Sequence record: MK308676.1 | Length of the DNA stretch: 64,000 bases | Direction: 5' to 3' (one strand) | In this document: positions 1-9,191 of the stretch, piece after piece | Numbering within the stretch: position 1 is the first letter of the stretch | Layout of the letters: every line of letters starts with the position of its first letter | The notes under the pieces: generated by a model | Seen by the model: only the letters and a program-made list of their open reading frames with translations | What the model was told of the DNA's origin: nothing | Database searches by the model: none | Made by a program: the position numbers and the translations under genes

Positions 1-288
1 CATACGGCTTAGGATTCGAGTTAGTTCTTCTTCCTGAACTGACATGCGGATAACGCCGTGCAGAACATCGTGTGCTTCTTTGTAACATTGCCAGAGAATA
101 TCTAGCTTTTCTTCGGGTAGAGTCGCTAACAGTTCATTCGTCGGACCGAATACTTCTTCAGTCGGAACTGTATTTAGCTTGCCCCAGACACTATAGCCCC
201 AAGTCAACTCTTCGCCTTTGTACGATGTACCTAAGCGCTTAGCTGTCTTTAAGGTTGTTATCTTAAGGACCGGTTTGTTTCCAGACAT
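1..288 (-). CDS. nvRNAP promoter-specificity subunit (phiKZ gp68-like), N-terminal part, runs off the window
   Basis: Hand-translated open frame MSGNKPVLKIT...LSRM (96 codons), GGAGA RBS at 295-299; synteny after the gp65-67-like genes; motif GEELTW...EEVF..NELL..LPEEK. Confidence 0.65.
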   Translation of the reverse strand, partial: MSGNKPVLKITTLKTAKRLGTSYKGEELTWGYSVWGKLNTVPTEEVFGPTNELLATLPEEKLDILWQCYKEAHDVLHGVIRMSVQEEELTRILSRM

Positions 289-327
289 TGGGTTTCTCCA
301 TTTCAATTATGAGGTGGATGCCTATAG

Positions 328-338
328 GTAATATAGGT
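328..338 (-). promoter_or_regulatory. phiKZ-type early promoter ACCTATATTAC
   Basis: Contains the TATATTAC early consensus; recurrent motif upstream of minus-strand operons. Confidence 0.65.
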
Positions 339-407
339 GACAGATTATTTTGAATAGTCTTCCACTCCAGACTATACGGGCCCTCCGTAAATTTGAGCAA
401 TAAAGTT

Positions 408-432
408 AGATGCAGGAACAAGCCCTGCATCT
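408..432 (-). terminator. Intrinsic terminator-like hairpin
   Basis: AGATGCAGG/CCTGCATCT 9-bp stem just after the 440..1123 stop. Confidence 0.55.
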
Positions 433-439
433 TTATTTA

Positions 440-1123
440 TTACCAGCCAGTACTAGAGCCTGAAACTTCAGATTCGCTTTGCGGTTTAGACGCATACTTA
501 TCTTTGTTTCCGCCGTTACGTCCCTTAGGCTTAAAGTCAGGGTCGTAGTCGTGATAGAATACTTTCGAATATACATCCAGTACGCTATCTAAGAAGCCAC
601 GAGCAATTAAGTCAGATTGGTGAGCGATGTGTGTGGTCGTCTCGTCATCGTTAACTACGTTGTGCCAGCTATCGTCTTTAAATAGGAACGGTAATACCGG
701 ACGCTCTTTGTTTCGAATCTCGATAAACAAGTAACCTTCTGGGTTACGCCCATAGACAATGCGTGCCTGCTTGGCTCGCTTACCAGGGACCGTGTTTCCG
801 TCTTCATCTTTAAGGACGGTCAACGTCTCTAGGATGCGCGTGGTAGGCTCATGCTTACCTACTAAGCTCAACAGGTCATAGAAGATAGAACGCAGTCGAG
901 GATAACTCGTAGACGCTTTAATAGGCGTCTTATGTAAAGGTTTACCTGTAACCTTGTTTACCTTACCTTCTTCAGCTGGGTGCTCTGACCATACTACGAA
1001 CTGAGGATTACCAGCGTAGATGTCAAACTTCAGGGTAGGACCTTTCCAATCATCCGCAGTATATGGTTCACCGCGCAATACAAGTTTGTTGTGGTCCAGT
1101 GGGGTCTTTTTATATTCAGCCAT
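440..1123 (-). CDS. Conserved jumbo-phage protein (phiKZ gp67-like)
   Basis: 227-aa ORF with RBS, in the core-block position. Confidence 0.55.
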   Translation of the reverse strand: MAEYKKTPLDHNKLVLRGEPYTADDWKGPTLKFDIYAGNPQFVVWSEHPAEEGKVNKVTGKPLHKTPIKASTSYPRLRSIFYDLLSLVGKHEPTTRILETLTVLKDEDGNTVPGKRAKQARIVYGRNPEGYLFIEIRNKERPVLPFLFKDDSWHNVVNDDETTTHIAHQSDLIARGFLDSVLDVYSKVFYHDYDPDFKPKGRNGGNKDKYASKPQSESEVSGSSTGW

Positions 1124-1132
1124 TGTATTTTC

Positions 1133-1927
1133 CTACCATTGAGCCCGGGCCAGTTTAAGACAAAGTTCTCTGACATCTGCATCTACCAACTCACCTAGAT
1201 GCTCGCGCATTCGGGTTTGGGTAGTCGACGTATGCCACTTCTTCTCTAGTCCCAGGTCGATGACTCTGTTCTTCGCTTTCTGACTAGGGCACTTAAAGTG
1301 GTTAGACCCATCGCCGAAGAGCTGTAGTGTGAAGAGGTTAAACGGGAAGTGTTGTAAATCTTCTCGTTTGTTTAATTTACTAAACCATTTGGCCTGAGGT
1401 TTTATTTTGCCTGTGTGGCTTTCCAGTAACTCTAGTTTAGAGAACTTGAATCGGTTAAGTAAATCAAACGGAAACGACGTTATCATCCACGCAGTAGTCC
1501 CTACCGACGGCAGTTCTATATCTGACGTAATGAGCTTGTCGCCTAGCTGTTTAAAGACCACTTCCATCATTATCCGCTCTGCTGTTTCATATGCCTTAGC
1601 GTTCTCTGATTTGGCTTCGACTAGTGCAGCGTGAGGGTAGCGATTAGGTAGTGAGCGATAGGACAAATGGTAGAACTTAGGCGCGATGCCTTGGTTCGTA
1701 CATAGTCCCTCTATGTTCTCCAACTCTTCGAGGAAGTCTTTGAACATATGGACCACCGGAGGGCGGTCCGCGTTTTTCCAGCTGCCCCAGAAGTTTCGGA
1801 ATAACGTACGCACGTTCATCCAAAGGTCCTGGGGTTTGGGTCCGTCTCCAACAATGTGCATCTCGAAAGGTTGCGCTGTTGGTACTGAGAGCGGTAGCTG
1901 GTCGCCCAAGGAGCGCTTAACTATCAT
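1133..1927 (-). CDS. Conserved jumbo-phage protein (phiKZ gp66-like, possibly nuclease-fold)
   Basis: 264 aa, coupled to the SbcD-like gene; LWMNVRTLFRN motif. Confidence 0.55.
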   Translation of the reverse strand: MIVKRSLGDQLPLSVPTAQPFEMHIVGDGPKPQDLWMNVRTLFRNFWGSWKNADRPPVVHMFKDFLEELENIEGLCTNQGIAPKFYHLSYRSLPNRYPHAALVEAKSENAKAYETAERIMMEVVFKQLGDKLITSDIELPSVGTTAWMITSFPFDLLNRFKFSKLELLESHTGKIKPQAKWFSKLNKREDLQHFPFNLFTLQLFGDGSNHFKCPSQKAKNRVIDLGLEKKWHTSTTQTRMREHLGELVDADVRELCLKLARAQW

Positions 1928-3078
1928 TATGCTGCCTCCAAGATTTCGTCAAGATAGACTAGGGTTACTTCAATCTCTTCTTCCGATATCCCTTGCATTC
2001 TCATCTCTTCCGCCAAGAGCTCATCTGCGTTGTCCTTAGTCATGGTGACCTGGTTGGTGGACATTGCAAAAGACTCCATGACACTAGCACGAGGAACGTC
2101 ATCACGCTCTACTTGCTTGTCCCAGACGATGTTAGGATACTTGTCGGAGAAATATTGCATTACTCCTTCGGAATACAGAGACTCCGATATAAGAAGACGA
2201 ATGAATCGGCGTTCTTCAGGATGACAATGTTCTTCCACAACTTCCATTGTGCGTTCGAAGGTATGTTGGGTTACATCCAGTGTTACCATGTAAGTCGCTT
2301 CTTCGTTCTCGTAGAAATGAACCTTGTCATGTTCTATACCGAGCGGAGAGACTTCAATGACGAAAAGACCTTTCTGTTCTTCTTCGCCTTGCTTTAATCT
2401 ATCCCAAGAGCCGTTCGTTATGAAGCGCTTCTTATAAATAGACTTGGTATGGATGTGTCCGTTGTTTACATAACGGTCGACTATACTTAAGTACGCATCA
2501 GGGTCATGGGCAGTAATGTCTAGACCTTGCTTTACATGGTGCTTGTACATTCCATGAGTTACGGCAAAGTCTACAGACTCTAAGCCTTCCTGAGCGAGAC
2601 GTTCTCTCACCATTTCCCAAACAGAATCAGGGTCACTGATTTCATCCGGTACATAGAGCCATGTGGAGCCGTCTTCTTCAGTGATGATGTCGATAGTTTC
2701 TACATAGCGTAGGTCCGTACGTTTATCTGCAACCATGTGATTGTTTAGTGTAACGAACTGAGAGGACTGCTTACGGTCATGTGATGGCGTGCCCTCCAAT
2801 ACTCGCAATTTAACATTGTTTTCTTGGCAGAAAGTAAGTAACATGCTGATAAACAATTGGGCATCGCCTACGTCTGCTTCCGGCAGTAACTGCGCCGCAT
2901 CAAAGAGGTCACCCGCGATAACTAAGTAGTCAAGCTCATGTACCTTAATGAGTTTGAAAAGCTTACGCAGGAGACGGCTTGAGATGTCTGCGGTCTTTAC
3001 TCGACGATGTAACAAATGGATGTCGGATACAAAGAGTATCTTAAGGCCAGTCGTCGTCCACAAATGTTTCGTGCCCAT
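1927..3078 (-). CDS. sbcD: SbcD/Mre11-like metallophosphoesterase nuclease
   Basis: Motifs SDIH, AGDLFD, LEGTPSHD, THG, GHIH; likely start MGTKHL at 3078. Confidence 0.88.
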   Translation of the reverse strand: MGTKHLWTTTGLKILFVSDIHLLHRRVKTADISSRLLRKLFKLIKVHELDYLVIAGDLFDAAQLLPEADVGDAQLFISMLLTFCQENNVKLRVLEGTPSHDRKQSSQFVTLNNHMVADKRTDLRYVETIDIITEEDGSTWLYVPDEISDPDSVWEMVRERLAQEGLESVDFAVTHGMYKHHVKQGLDITAHDPDAYLSIVDRYVNNGHIHTKSIYKKRFITNGSWDRLKQGEEEQKGLFVIEVSPLGIEHDKVHFYENEEATYMVTLDVTQHTFERTMEVVEEHCHPEERRFIRLLISESLYSEGVMQYFSDKYPNIVWDKQVERDDVPRASVMESFAMSTNQVTMTKDNADELLAEEMRMQGISEEEIEVTLVYLDEILEAA

Positions 3079-3532
3079 TTTGTTGCCCTTGAGTTTCTTG
3101 TTTCTGTTCTTCACCGTCAACGCGGTCATAACCGTAACGCTGGGCAATCTCTGCCCACGCTTCTAAGTCTGCATCGCTCTCGTCCACCTGTTCAAAACGA
3201 CCACCCAGCTCTTGCTGAATGTAGTTCATGGTGGTCTTAGGCGGATAAGCCTTAGAGACTCGGTCAATGTTTGCGAAGACTGCGTTAAAGTTTCCACCTA
3301 CTTGGGTTTCGGCAGAACGACGTAAAGCCGGTACGCGGAACAACTCGATGGTCTCATCTTCATCGTCTACGACACGAACCTGACTAAAAGGGTTTACTGC
3401 GATTTGGTCTATCCATCTCTGGCAGACTGCTTCGTCTCCTTCCACAAACCCAGGAAGGAAGATATCACGGAATGCCGTTTCGCGAATCCAAGGGAGGGCT
3501 TCAGCAGGCACTCGAAAGACAGAATCTGTCAT
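3041..3532 (-). CDS. Conserved jumbo-phage hypothetical protein
   Basis: 163-aa ORF overlapping its neighbours in the core block. Confidence 0.6.
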   Translation of the reverse strand: MTDSVFRVPAEALPWIRETAFRDIFLPGFVEGDEAVCQRWIDQIAVNPFSQVRVVDDEDETIELFRVPALRRSAETQVGGNFNAVFANIDRVSKAYPPKTTMNYIQQELGGRFEQVDESDADLEAWAEIAQRYGYDRVDGEEQKQETQGQQNGHETFVDDDWP

Positions 3533-3927
3533 CGGTTAATCTCCTCTATAAGGGCAACAGCCGTTGAGGTCGGGTCTACTGAAAGAACGCGACCTAGGCT
3601 ATAGATGTTGTTACCTGACCAGGCACGGACATCTATATTGATGTTGTAAGTAGCGGCATCAACGTCTTCAGAAGTAATGCTAACTTCAGCACGGTCAAAG
3701 ACTCTCTCTATATAAGAGGTCAGTGCTTGAGCGAGTTCGGAGACGAGAACTGTAGGGTTCTTTTGATTTACCGCAACTATCTTTTGAATCGACACGATGT
3801 ATTCCGGGAACAGATTACTGTCGTTGTGGCGAATTTCAAAAGCATTAGCGAACATAAGAGAAAGCATCTCTTTTGGTTCAGTAACATATCCTCCGCCGCC
3901 GAGGTGAGGAATACACTTCTTGGTCAT
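3529..3927 (-). CDS. Conserved jumbo-phage protein (possible gp25-like wedge fold)
   Basis: 132 aa, GGAG RBS, IPHLGGGGYV N-terminus. Confidence 0.5.
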   Translation of the reverse strand: MTKKCIPHLGGGGYVTEPKEMLSLMFANAFEIRHNDSNLFPEYIVSIQKIVAVNQKNPTVLVSELAQALTSYIERVFDRAEVSITSEDVDAATYNINIDVRAWSGNNIYSLGRVLSVDPTSTAVALIEEINR

Positions 3928-4006
3928 CTTAGACTCCTAAAAAGAAAAAAGCGTTAAGTTTGATAAAAGGAACCCAGGCCAGGTTCCTTCTATCTGATTT
4001 CTCGCC

Positions 4007-4636
4007 TTAGCCGATTAGCTCATTATACTGCGACGTTGGGTCGAGTAGTGAATCTTTAAGGAAGTGAGTGACAGTGTTGTAGGTATGGGCTACCGCTATC
4101 TTGTCGTTAAACGTAGGAGCGTAATCCATTTCCGCTGCTTCTACTGTGGTACGAGAAACAAGAATTTCGTTATCATCCTCATCGTACTCTTCCATCAGAA
4201 TACCGTTGGTGATTGTACGGTACTCGAAGCTACGGCCGAATGCTAGCGTTGGGGATGGGTTCACGTAAGCACCATCATAACCGTCAATGCGACCTTCGCG
4301 ATAAAGCTTGTTCAGCGCAGGATGTGCCATTACATAATGACGCATGCCTTCCGGACAGTGCTGTAGGTCTTCCATTGTTTCTAAGCGACAGATATCTGCC
4401 TCTTGCTTAAAGTGTTGGTTAACCATACCGCGAACTTGGTTAATGCGACGAGCGAACTCACCTGTTGTGAATTCTTGGTAACGCTGCTGTACTCGCTCTG
4501 CGATAGAAGCAGCATAACCTTGCGTCGATTGCACGAAGTTATGTACGTTCTCACGGATTTTATTTTGGAGTGCTTGCGATGGTCTGCCGAACAGACTTTG
4601 CATAGCTACGTCAGTATCCGCATAAATAGTTTGCAT
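4007..4636 (-). CDS. Conserved jumbo-phage hypothetical protein
   Basis: 209 aa, GGGAG RBS, ends DPTSQYNELIG. Confidence 0.6.
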   Translation of the reverse strand: MQTIYADTDVAMQSLFGRPSQALQNKIRENVHNFVQSTQGYAASIAERVQQRYQEFTTGEFARRINQVRGMVNQHFKQEADICRLETMEDLQHCPEGMRHYVMAHPALNKLYREGRIDGYDGAYVNPSPTLAFGRSFEYRTITNGILMEEYDEDDNEILVSRTTVEAAEMDYAPTFNDKIAVAHTYNTVTHFLKDSLLDPTSQYNELIG

Positions 4637-4724
4637 TGTATTTTCTCCCGTCTTACTCAGACTATAAGGTGGTTCAGTTAAAAGCCACCCTTTAGTAAGG
4701 CGACGTATGTTAAAGTTCGCAAAG

Positions 4725-4755
4725 GTTATATAGGTCAGACTTTCGCCTGACCTAT
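4725..4755 (-). promoter_or_regulatory. GAAA-tetraloop hairpin overlapping an early-promoter-like ACCTATATAAC
   Basis: Minus strand AUAGGUCAGGC-GAAA-GUCUGACCUAU (11 bp). Confidence 0.55.
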
Positions 4756-4759
4756 GTGC

Positions 4760-5935
4760 TTACTTTTTCTTTTTCTTAGACTTTGGAGCAGGGTGGTAAC
4801 TATCGACTATCTTCCGGAACTGGCTTATCTGGGCGTCACTCACCACATAGACGGGATGAATGCCTTTTACAGGTACGCGCATTTTCTTGAGATAGTCTAA
4901 GTCTTCCAGGAGTTCATCTGCGACGCCAATGTCATTACTTAGCTCATAGATGGCCTGGGAGAAAGCAGGTAGGTCTAAGTCCACCTCCAATTCTTCCACT
5001 AGGTCATGAATGGATTCGCAGTATTCCGGCTTAAGCGGGCGACCGTCCTCATCTGTGGTCACATAATGGTAAGGTCCCGTGGCGAAGCCTCCGACAAAAG
5101 TCTCGCCGCGCCAGACACAGATGCGGCCATCCGAAATGGTTTCGGTAAGGTCATCGTTGCCTAAACTTAGTTCCAACAAAGGGGACTGTATTAGCTTCTT
5201 AGATGCAGGGGCACCTATACCTTCGAACATCTTATTGATGAGGCTTTCCATATGGTTAACCTTTTCTAAGATTGCCGAATTGTCGTAGACTGTCTGTAGC
5301 TTAGGCCGGTGTAAGTCAGGCCTCTCCACATCTTCGTCCTTTTTAAAGGCGAAGTCACAAAGATTCCAATCGCCTCTAGGAGCCGATAGTTCTAACCTAC
5401 GATAGTCGCGCTGTTCTTCATAAGGTTTAGAGCGAGCAATGAGTTCCTGCACATTTACCGTATGCAACTCATGTGTTGGCACATGATAGTGAACCCCTGC
5501 CAATTGCCCATCTTCACTGACGAAGATAAGTTCTCGAGACTGGACGTCATAAACTCGACCCGTGTTGGCGCTTACGGCTAGGTTAGGGTACCCTGCAACA
5601 GCAACCGACTGAATCTCTTTATTCTTGTCGAACGGGTCAGGGAAAGATAAACCAGGTAGCTCCACGAAGTCCCTGTAGATGAACGACACATTGCCGGCAT
5701 CCACCGGGACGAAGTCTAGCTGTTGTGGCCGGATAATGAAACGACCGTAGTTATCAAAGTAGAAAACCTTTAGCCACTCTGGCGTGATGGTAATCTTCAA
5801 TGGGGCCACAGTGTAGCCTTTGATTTCCAGTTCAAATGGTAACGGTACTGATTTACCATGGAGACAATCATAGAGCTCGTATTCGTCGGCCGAATAGCGA
5901 TTGTCCGTAAACGGAATAACTTTAGGCAGGCACAT
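4760..5935 (-). CDS. Hypothetical protein with a degenerate NUMOD4-like segment
   Basis: GYPNLAVSANTGRVYD resembles NUMOD4; no intact HNH seen. Confidence 0.45.
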   Translation of the reverse strand: MCLPKVIPFTDNRYSADEYELYDCLHGKSVPLPFELEIKGYTVAPLKITITPEWLKVFYFDNYGRFIIRPQQLDFVPVDAGNVSFIYRDFVELPGLSFPDPFDKNKEIQSVAVAGYPNLAVSANTGRVYDVQSRELIFVSEDGQLAGVHYHVPTHELHTVNVQELIARSKPYEEQRDYRRLELSAPRGDWNLCDFAFKKDEDVERPDLHRPKLQTVYDNSAILEKVNHMESLINKMFEGIGAPASKKLIQSPLLELSLGNDDLTETISDGRICVWRGETFVGGFATGPYHYVTTDEDGRPLKPEYCESIHDLVEELEVDLDLPAFSQAIYELSNDIGVADELLEDLDYLKKMRVPVKGIHPVYVVSDAQISQFRKIVDSYHPAPKSKKKKK

Positions 5936-6389
5936 CTTTATACCTCTTAAAACTGTTGTGAAAGTAAATGTTATCAGGGACCTCTATAAAAGAAGTAAAG
6001 CCCTTCCATAACTCCAAAGGGGAATAACCATTGAGTCCATGACCGTCCGCTTTCTGGACGACAATGAACATTTTATCCGGATGTTCTCTAGCGCACTCGT
6101 AGAGCTCGACTATGTTCTCGCGGATTTGGTCCAAGCCCACTGAGCAAGGACCTTCTGTGGGATAGCGTATCTCTCTACCATCCGGTAGCTTCTCTACGAA
6201 GCCAGCTTTGAGGTTCTTGGTTACCAAGGCGTAGGTCTGACCCATAAGTCCCCGGCCTACTCCGTACTTGGCTCCATACCTTAAGGCTAACTTCGCAGCT
6301 CCCAAGCCATGGCGCCCCTCGGGGTTTGAACCGTAGACGAAGACCATGTTCGGTTTCAGTTTGGTAATGGTACCGTTCCACCATTTCAT
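5922..6389 (-). CDS. Macro-like phage protein (FVxGSNxxGxHGxGAA family)
   Basis: VFVYGSNPEGRHGLGAAKLA...GLMGQTYALVTK. Confidence 0.7.
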   Translation of the reverse strand: MKWWNGTITKLKPNMVFVYGSNPEGRHGLGAAKLALRYGAKYGVGRGLMGQTYALVTKNLKAGFVEKLPDGREIRYPTEGPCSVGLDQIRENIVELYECAREHPDKMFIVVQKADGHGLNGYSPLELWKGFTSFIEVPDNIYFHNSFKRYKDVPA

Positions 6390-6398
6390 GGACCCTCC

Positions 6399-6932
6399 TT
6401 ATTTGCGCTTAATGAGACCTTTCTCTTCTAACACCTTAAAGAACTTCTTCTGGTTATCGTTGGCTTCGCGGTTAGGGGAAGTGCCGATATAGCTATAGTA
6501 AGGATGCGGACATACCGTGCGTCCTGTACTGAAGAAGCGGCGCATCTCTTTTTCAATCTCCTGGTGGTTATTGTTCTTGACATGCATCATTGTTCCGCGA
6601 TAACCGGCGAGTTTAAGATGGCGATTAAACAAAGTCCACGCTACGTAAGTCGGAGCTCCATTGGCCATTTGGTTAAGGGTTTTACGGTTGACCGGCGTCT
6701 TATAGTCAACCATGTTGCGCATGCGTACTTGAAGAGGCTTACCTGTGGTCATGTGTAAAATAAGGCCTTTCAAAATCTTATCTTGGAGTTCTTCACTATA
6801 ATGTTGGCGCTTGACTAGCTCAATCATTCGATGATAGTATGCGACGTCCTTATTGTAGATATAATCTGCATAAGGGGTTGGGTTTACTTTATCGTGGTTT
6901 GACTTAGGCATTGTTCTGTCCTCTATGTTCAA
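6399..6932 (-). CDS. Basic hypothetical protein
   Basis: 177-aa ORF, in-operon. Confidence 0.6.
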   Translation of the reverse strand: MNIEDRTMPKSNHDKVNPTPYADYIYNKDVAYYHRMIELVKRQHYSEELQDKILKGLILHMTTGKPLQVRMRNMVDYKTPVNRKTLNQMANGAPTYVAWTLFNRHLKLAGYRGTMMHVKNNNHQEIEKEMRRFFSTGRTVCPHPYYSYIGTSPNREANDNQKKFFKVLEEKGLIKRK

Positions 6933-6982
6933 AAAATAAAAAATATGGTTTAGTGGAGAGTAGCCCTCGAAAGGGCTAACTC

Positions 6983-7336
6983 TTATTTTGCAAAGTATTC
7001 AAATTCGATTGTCTTAACGCCAGAGTGGCCTTCAATGCCACGCTCGAACTTCCATGGTTGGCTGTGTTCCTCTTCAATATGAGGCTCAGAGATGCGGATA
7101 TAGAAGCGACCTTTGGCGTCACGCGCTTCAAGCATTGCTTCCATATAAGCGATTGCGGTACGCTTAGTCTCAGGCTCAATCAGAATGATTGGAGTACCAA
7201 TAGGTAGTTGACGATGTTCCATAGTTAAGCGGTACTTTTCAGCAACACGCAGGATGATTGTTTCGTCGAACGAACGCTTACCTACTTCGTCTGCTTGAAC
7301 TTGCGGAATGCGAATAACTAGACCTGTTACTTTCAT
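6983..7336 (-). CDS. Hypothetical protein
   Basis: 117 aa, GAGGA RBS. Confidence 0.6.
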   Translation of the reverse strand: MKVTGLVIRIPQVQADEVGKRSFDETIILRVAEKYRLTMEHRQLPIGTPIILIEPETKRTAIAYMEAMLEARDAKGRFYIRISEPHIEEEHSQPWKFERGIEGHSGVKTIEFEYFAK

Positions 7337-7385
7337 GGGTAAATCCTCATTTTAGTTGAGTACATTATTGTACAATTGCATTAAG

Positions 7386-7405
7386 ACAATATAGGTTTTA
7401 CTTTT
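7386..7405 (-). promoter_or_regulatory. Early-promoter-like AAAAGTAAAACCTATATTGT
   Basis: Matches the recurrent motif. Confidence 0.6.
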
Positions 7406-7411
7406 GACTGG

Positions 7412-8002
7412 TTATTCTTCTTCCACAATGTCCCAAAAGAACTTTCTGTCTAAGAACGGTGTAAGAAAAACACTTACGACCGGATAACGGTAGTTCTCAA
7501 TTAGTTTAGTTTCTGGATGCTCTAGGTCGTCAAAGTCATAGTTCATGACTCTAGACCGTACGTTTAGTCCTCGCCATATATGGAGGACAAAGAAGAAGAA
7601 GAACGCATAGGTGCCCCAGATGCTGTTGTCGGCATTTGGCGGTGCGGCCGTCCCAGCCGTGCCATAGAAGCCTAGTCCCATTAAGTACGGCGTAGTGAAA
7701 TCTCTCACTTCGCCTATTTGGTAATAGTGGTACCCGGTGCGACCTACCGATACTGATTGTACGCCGAATCGAGTCTCTACTATCACATAATAATGGCAGC
7801 TACGACGAGTACACTCCTGGCCCTTATATGTAATTTTGCCGTACGTAGGGACACGAGATACCTGATAGGCATCGACCTGGACGGAGACATAAAACGCAAA
7901 GAGACACCACGCAATAACCCAGGTAACCGGGCGGTGCCAAAGAAAGCGTTTCTCTTTATTATAGATTCTAGTCTTCATCTTCATCGTCCTCAAAGTAGTC
8001 AC
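7412..8002 (-). CDS. Membrane protein (2 predicted TM segments)
   Basis: Hydrophobic stretches VTWVIAWCLFAFYV and YAFFFFFVLHIW. Confidence 0.6.
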   Translation of the reverse strand: MTTLRTMKMKTRIYNKEKRFLWHRPVTWVIAWCLFAFYVSVQVDAYQVSRVPTYGKITYKGQECTRRSCHYYVIVETRFGVQSVSVGRTGYHYYQIGEVRDFTTPYLMGLGFYGTAGTAAPPNADNSIWGTYAFFFFFVLHIWRGLNVRSRVMNYDFDDLEHPETKLIENYRYPVVSVFLTPFLDRKFFWDIVEEE

Positions 8003-8162
8003 TATACGGAACGACGTCTAAAGAAAAGCCAGGGAGCGACTGAGGAACATGGACCTCTAGTCCTTTACACCATCCTTTCATGAGGTCGGTGACCGGAGTA
8101 GAGTTTACCGGCTCAGTAATCTGGATACTCATATGTAACCTCGGTAGGTAGTATGCCGTCAC
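7968..8162 (-). CDS. Small hypothetical protein with acidic tail
   Basis: 64-aa ORF overlapping both neighbours. Confidence 0.45.
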   Translation of the reverse strand: MTAYYLPRLHMSIQITEPVNSTPVTDLMKGWCKGLEVHVPQSLPGFSLDVVPYSDYFEDDEDED

Positions 8163-8379
8163 GCATGCGTGAGGCGGTTATTAAAAGAAGAGTCGTATTG
8201 AGACCAATCATGTCTCCGGAGATTTTAGCCCATAGTGGGTTGTTCGTTTGAACGTCCCACTTGAGCATGTTAAGATGCATCTCCCAAAGTTCCATTTCTT
8301 TCTCTGTGACTCTCGTTGTTAAAGCAGTGCGGCGAATCGACCGGTACTTTAAAGGCGGTACGTTAAAGAGATGCTTCAT
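8113..8379 (-). CDS. Hypothetical protein
   Basis: 88-aa ORF, in-operon. Confidence 0.55.
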   Translation of the reverse strand: MKHLFNVPPLKYRSIRRTALTTRVTEKEMELWEMHLNMLKWDVQTNNPLWAKISGDMIGLNTTLLLITASRMRDGILPTEVTYEYPDY

Positions 8380-8445
8380 AGTTTCGTCTCGCTAAAAATA
8401 CAATAAGGAAAGGCAAAGGACCGAGCGGTCCTTTGCTTATAACGT

Positions 8446-9000
8446 CTACGGGCGTTTGTTCGGGTCGTACATGTGGTAGTCTAGGTCGTACGCCTTAGGC
8501 ATAGTCTCGATTTGTTCACCGTCTAGCTTCACAACTAGGTCTTCCATGTGCACTACGATGTTGCCTTCAATCTCAGAGAAAACACCGCGGAGCTTAAAGC
8601 TTGCAGTGACAGCTTTACCTTCGACGATTGCTTCCGAAGATAGACTATGTTTCGCTTCCAGCGAATGGCAGCGCGGTGCCTCAGAGGAAGGGGAGAACTT
8701 GAAGTTTAACTCTTTTGGTAATTGAAAGCCGATTGAGTCGAACCCGGGCAGGTTCGCTTCAAAGTAAACGCCTGTCACAAAGATGTCAGGAGAAACATAG
8801 CCCATATCGAAACTTGGTTGGCCTCGGTCTGAAAGACTCAAAAGGTCTAAGCGTCGACCGAACAGGATGGGCGCCGTTTGGAACTGCTCTTCGTCGCTAA
8901 CCTTTACGGTTTTAAGGCAAGAGGCGAATAGGTGGTCTTTATTGCGGTCGTTTAAAACGGGATACAGTTGCATTTCTTTGTCCTCAAAGTCGATTAACAT
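8446..9000 (-). CDS. Stand-alone domain resembling the internal domain of the phiKZ-type major capsid protein
   Basis: TAPILFGRRLDLLSLS ... AYDLDYHMYDPNKR resembles recalled MCP motifs. Confidence 0.5.
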   Translation of the reverse strand: MLIDFEDKEMQLYPVLNDRNKDHLFASCLKTVKVSDEEQFQTAPILFGRRLDLLSLSDRGQPSFDMGYVSPDIFVTGVYFEANLPGFDSIGFQLPKELNFKFSPSSEAPRCHSLEAKHSLSSEAIVEGKAVTASFKLRGVFSEIEGNIVVHMEDLVVKLDGEQIETMPKAYDLDYHMYDPNKRP

Positions 9001-9191
9001 TAGATTGTGATGGGGGTTTATTTTTTACCAGCGGGAGGCAGGAGTTTCTTAGATGGACTGTAGGAGTCAGCTACAAAACTTACTTTCTCACGGGAACGCT
9101 TAGGGGCGAAAGTAAGATAAGGCTGTCCTTCGACGGTTTTAATCGAAAGAATGCCGTCCGGAGCGCCTTACAGTTATGGTAAAAACCTTTA
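9001..9191. ncRNA. Candidate structured RNA or leader
   Basis: Several nested helices (see findings); no ORF. Confidence 0.35.
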
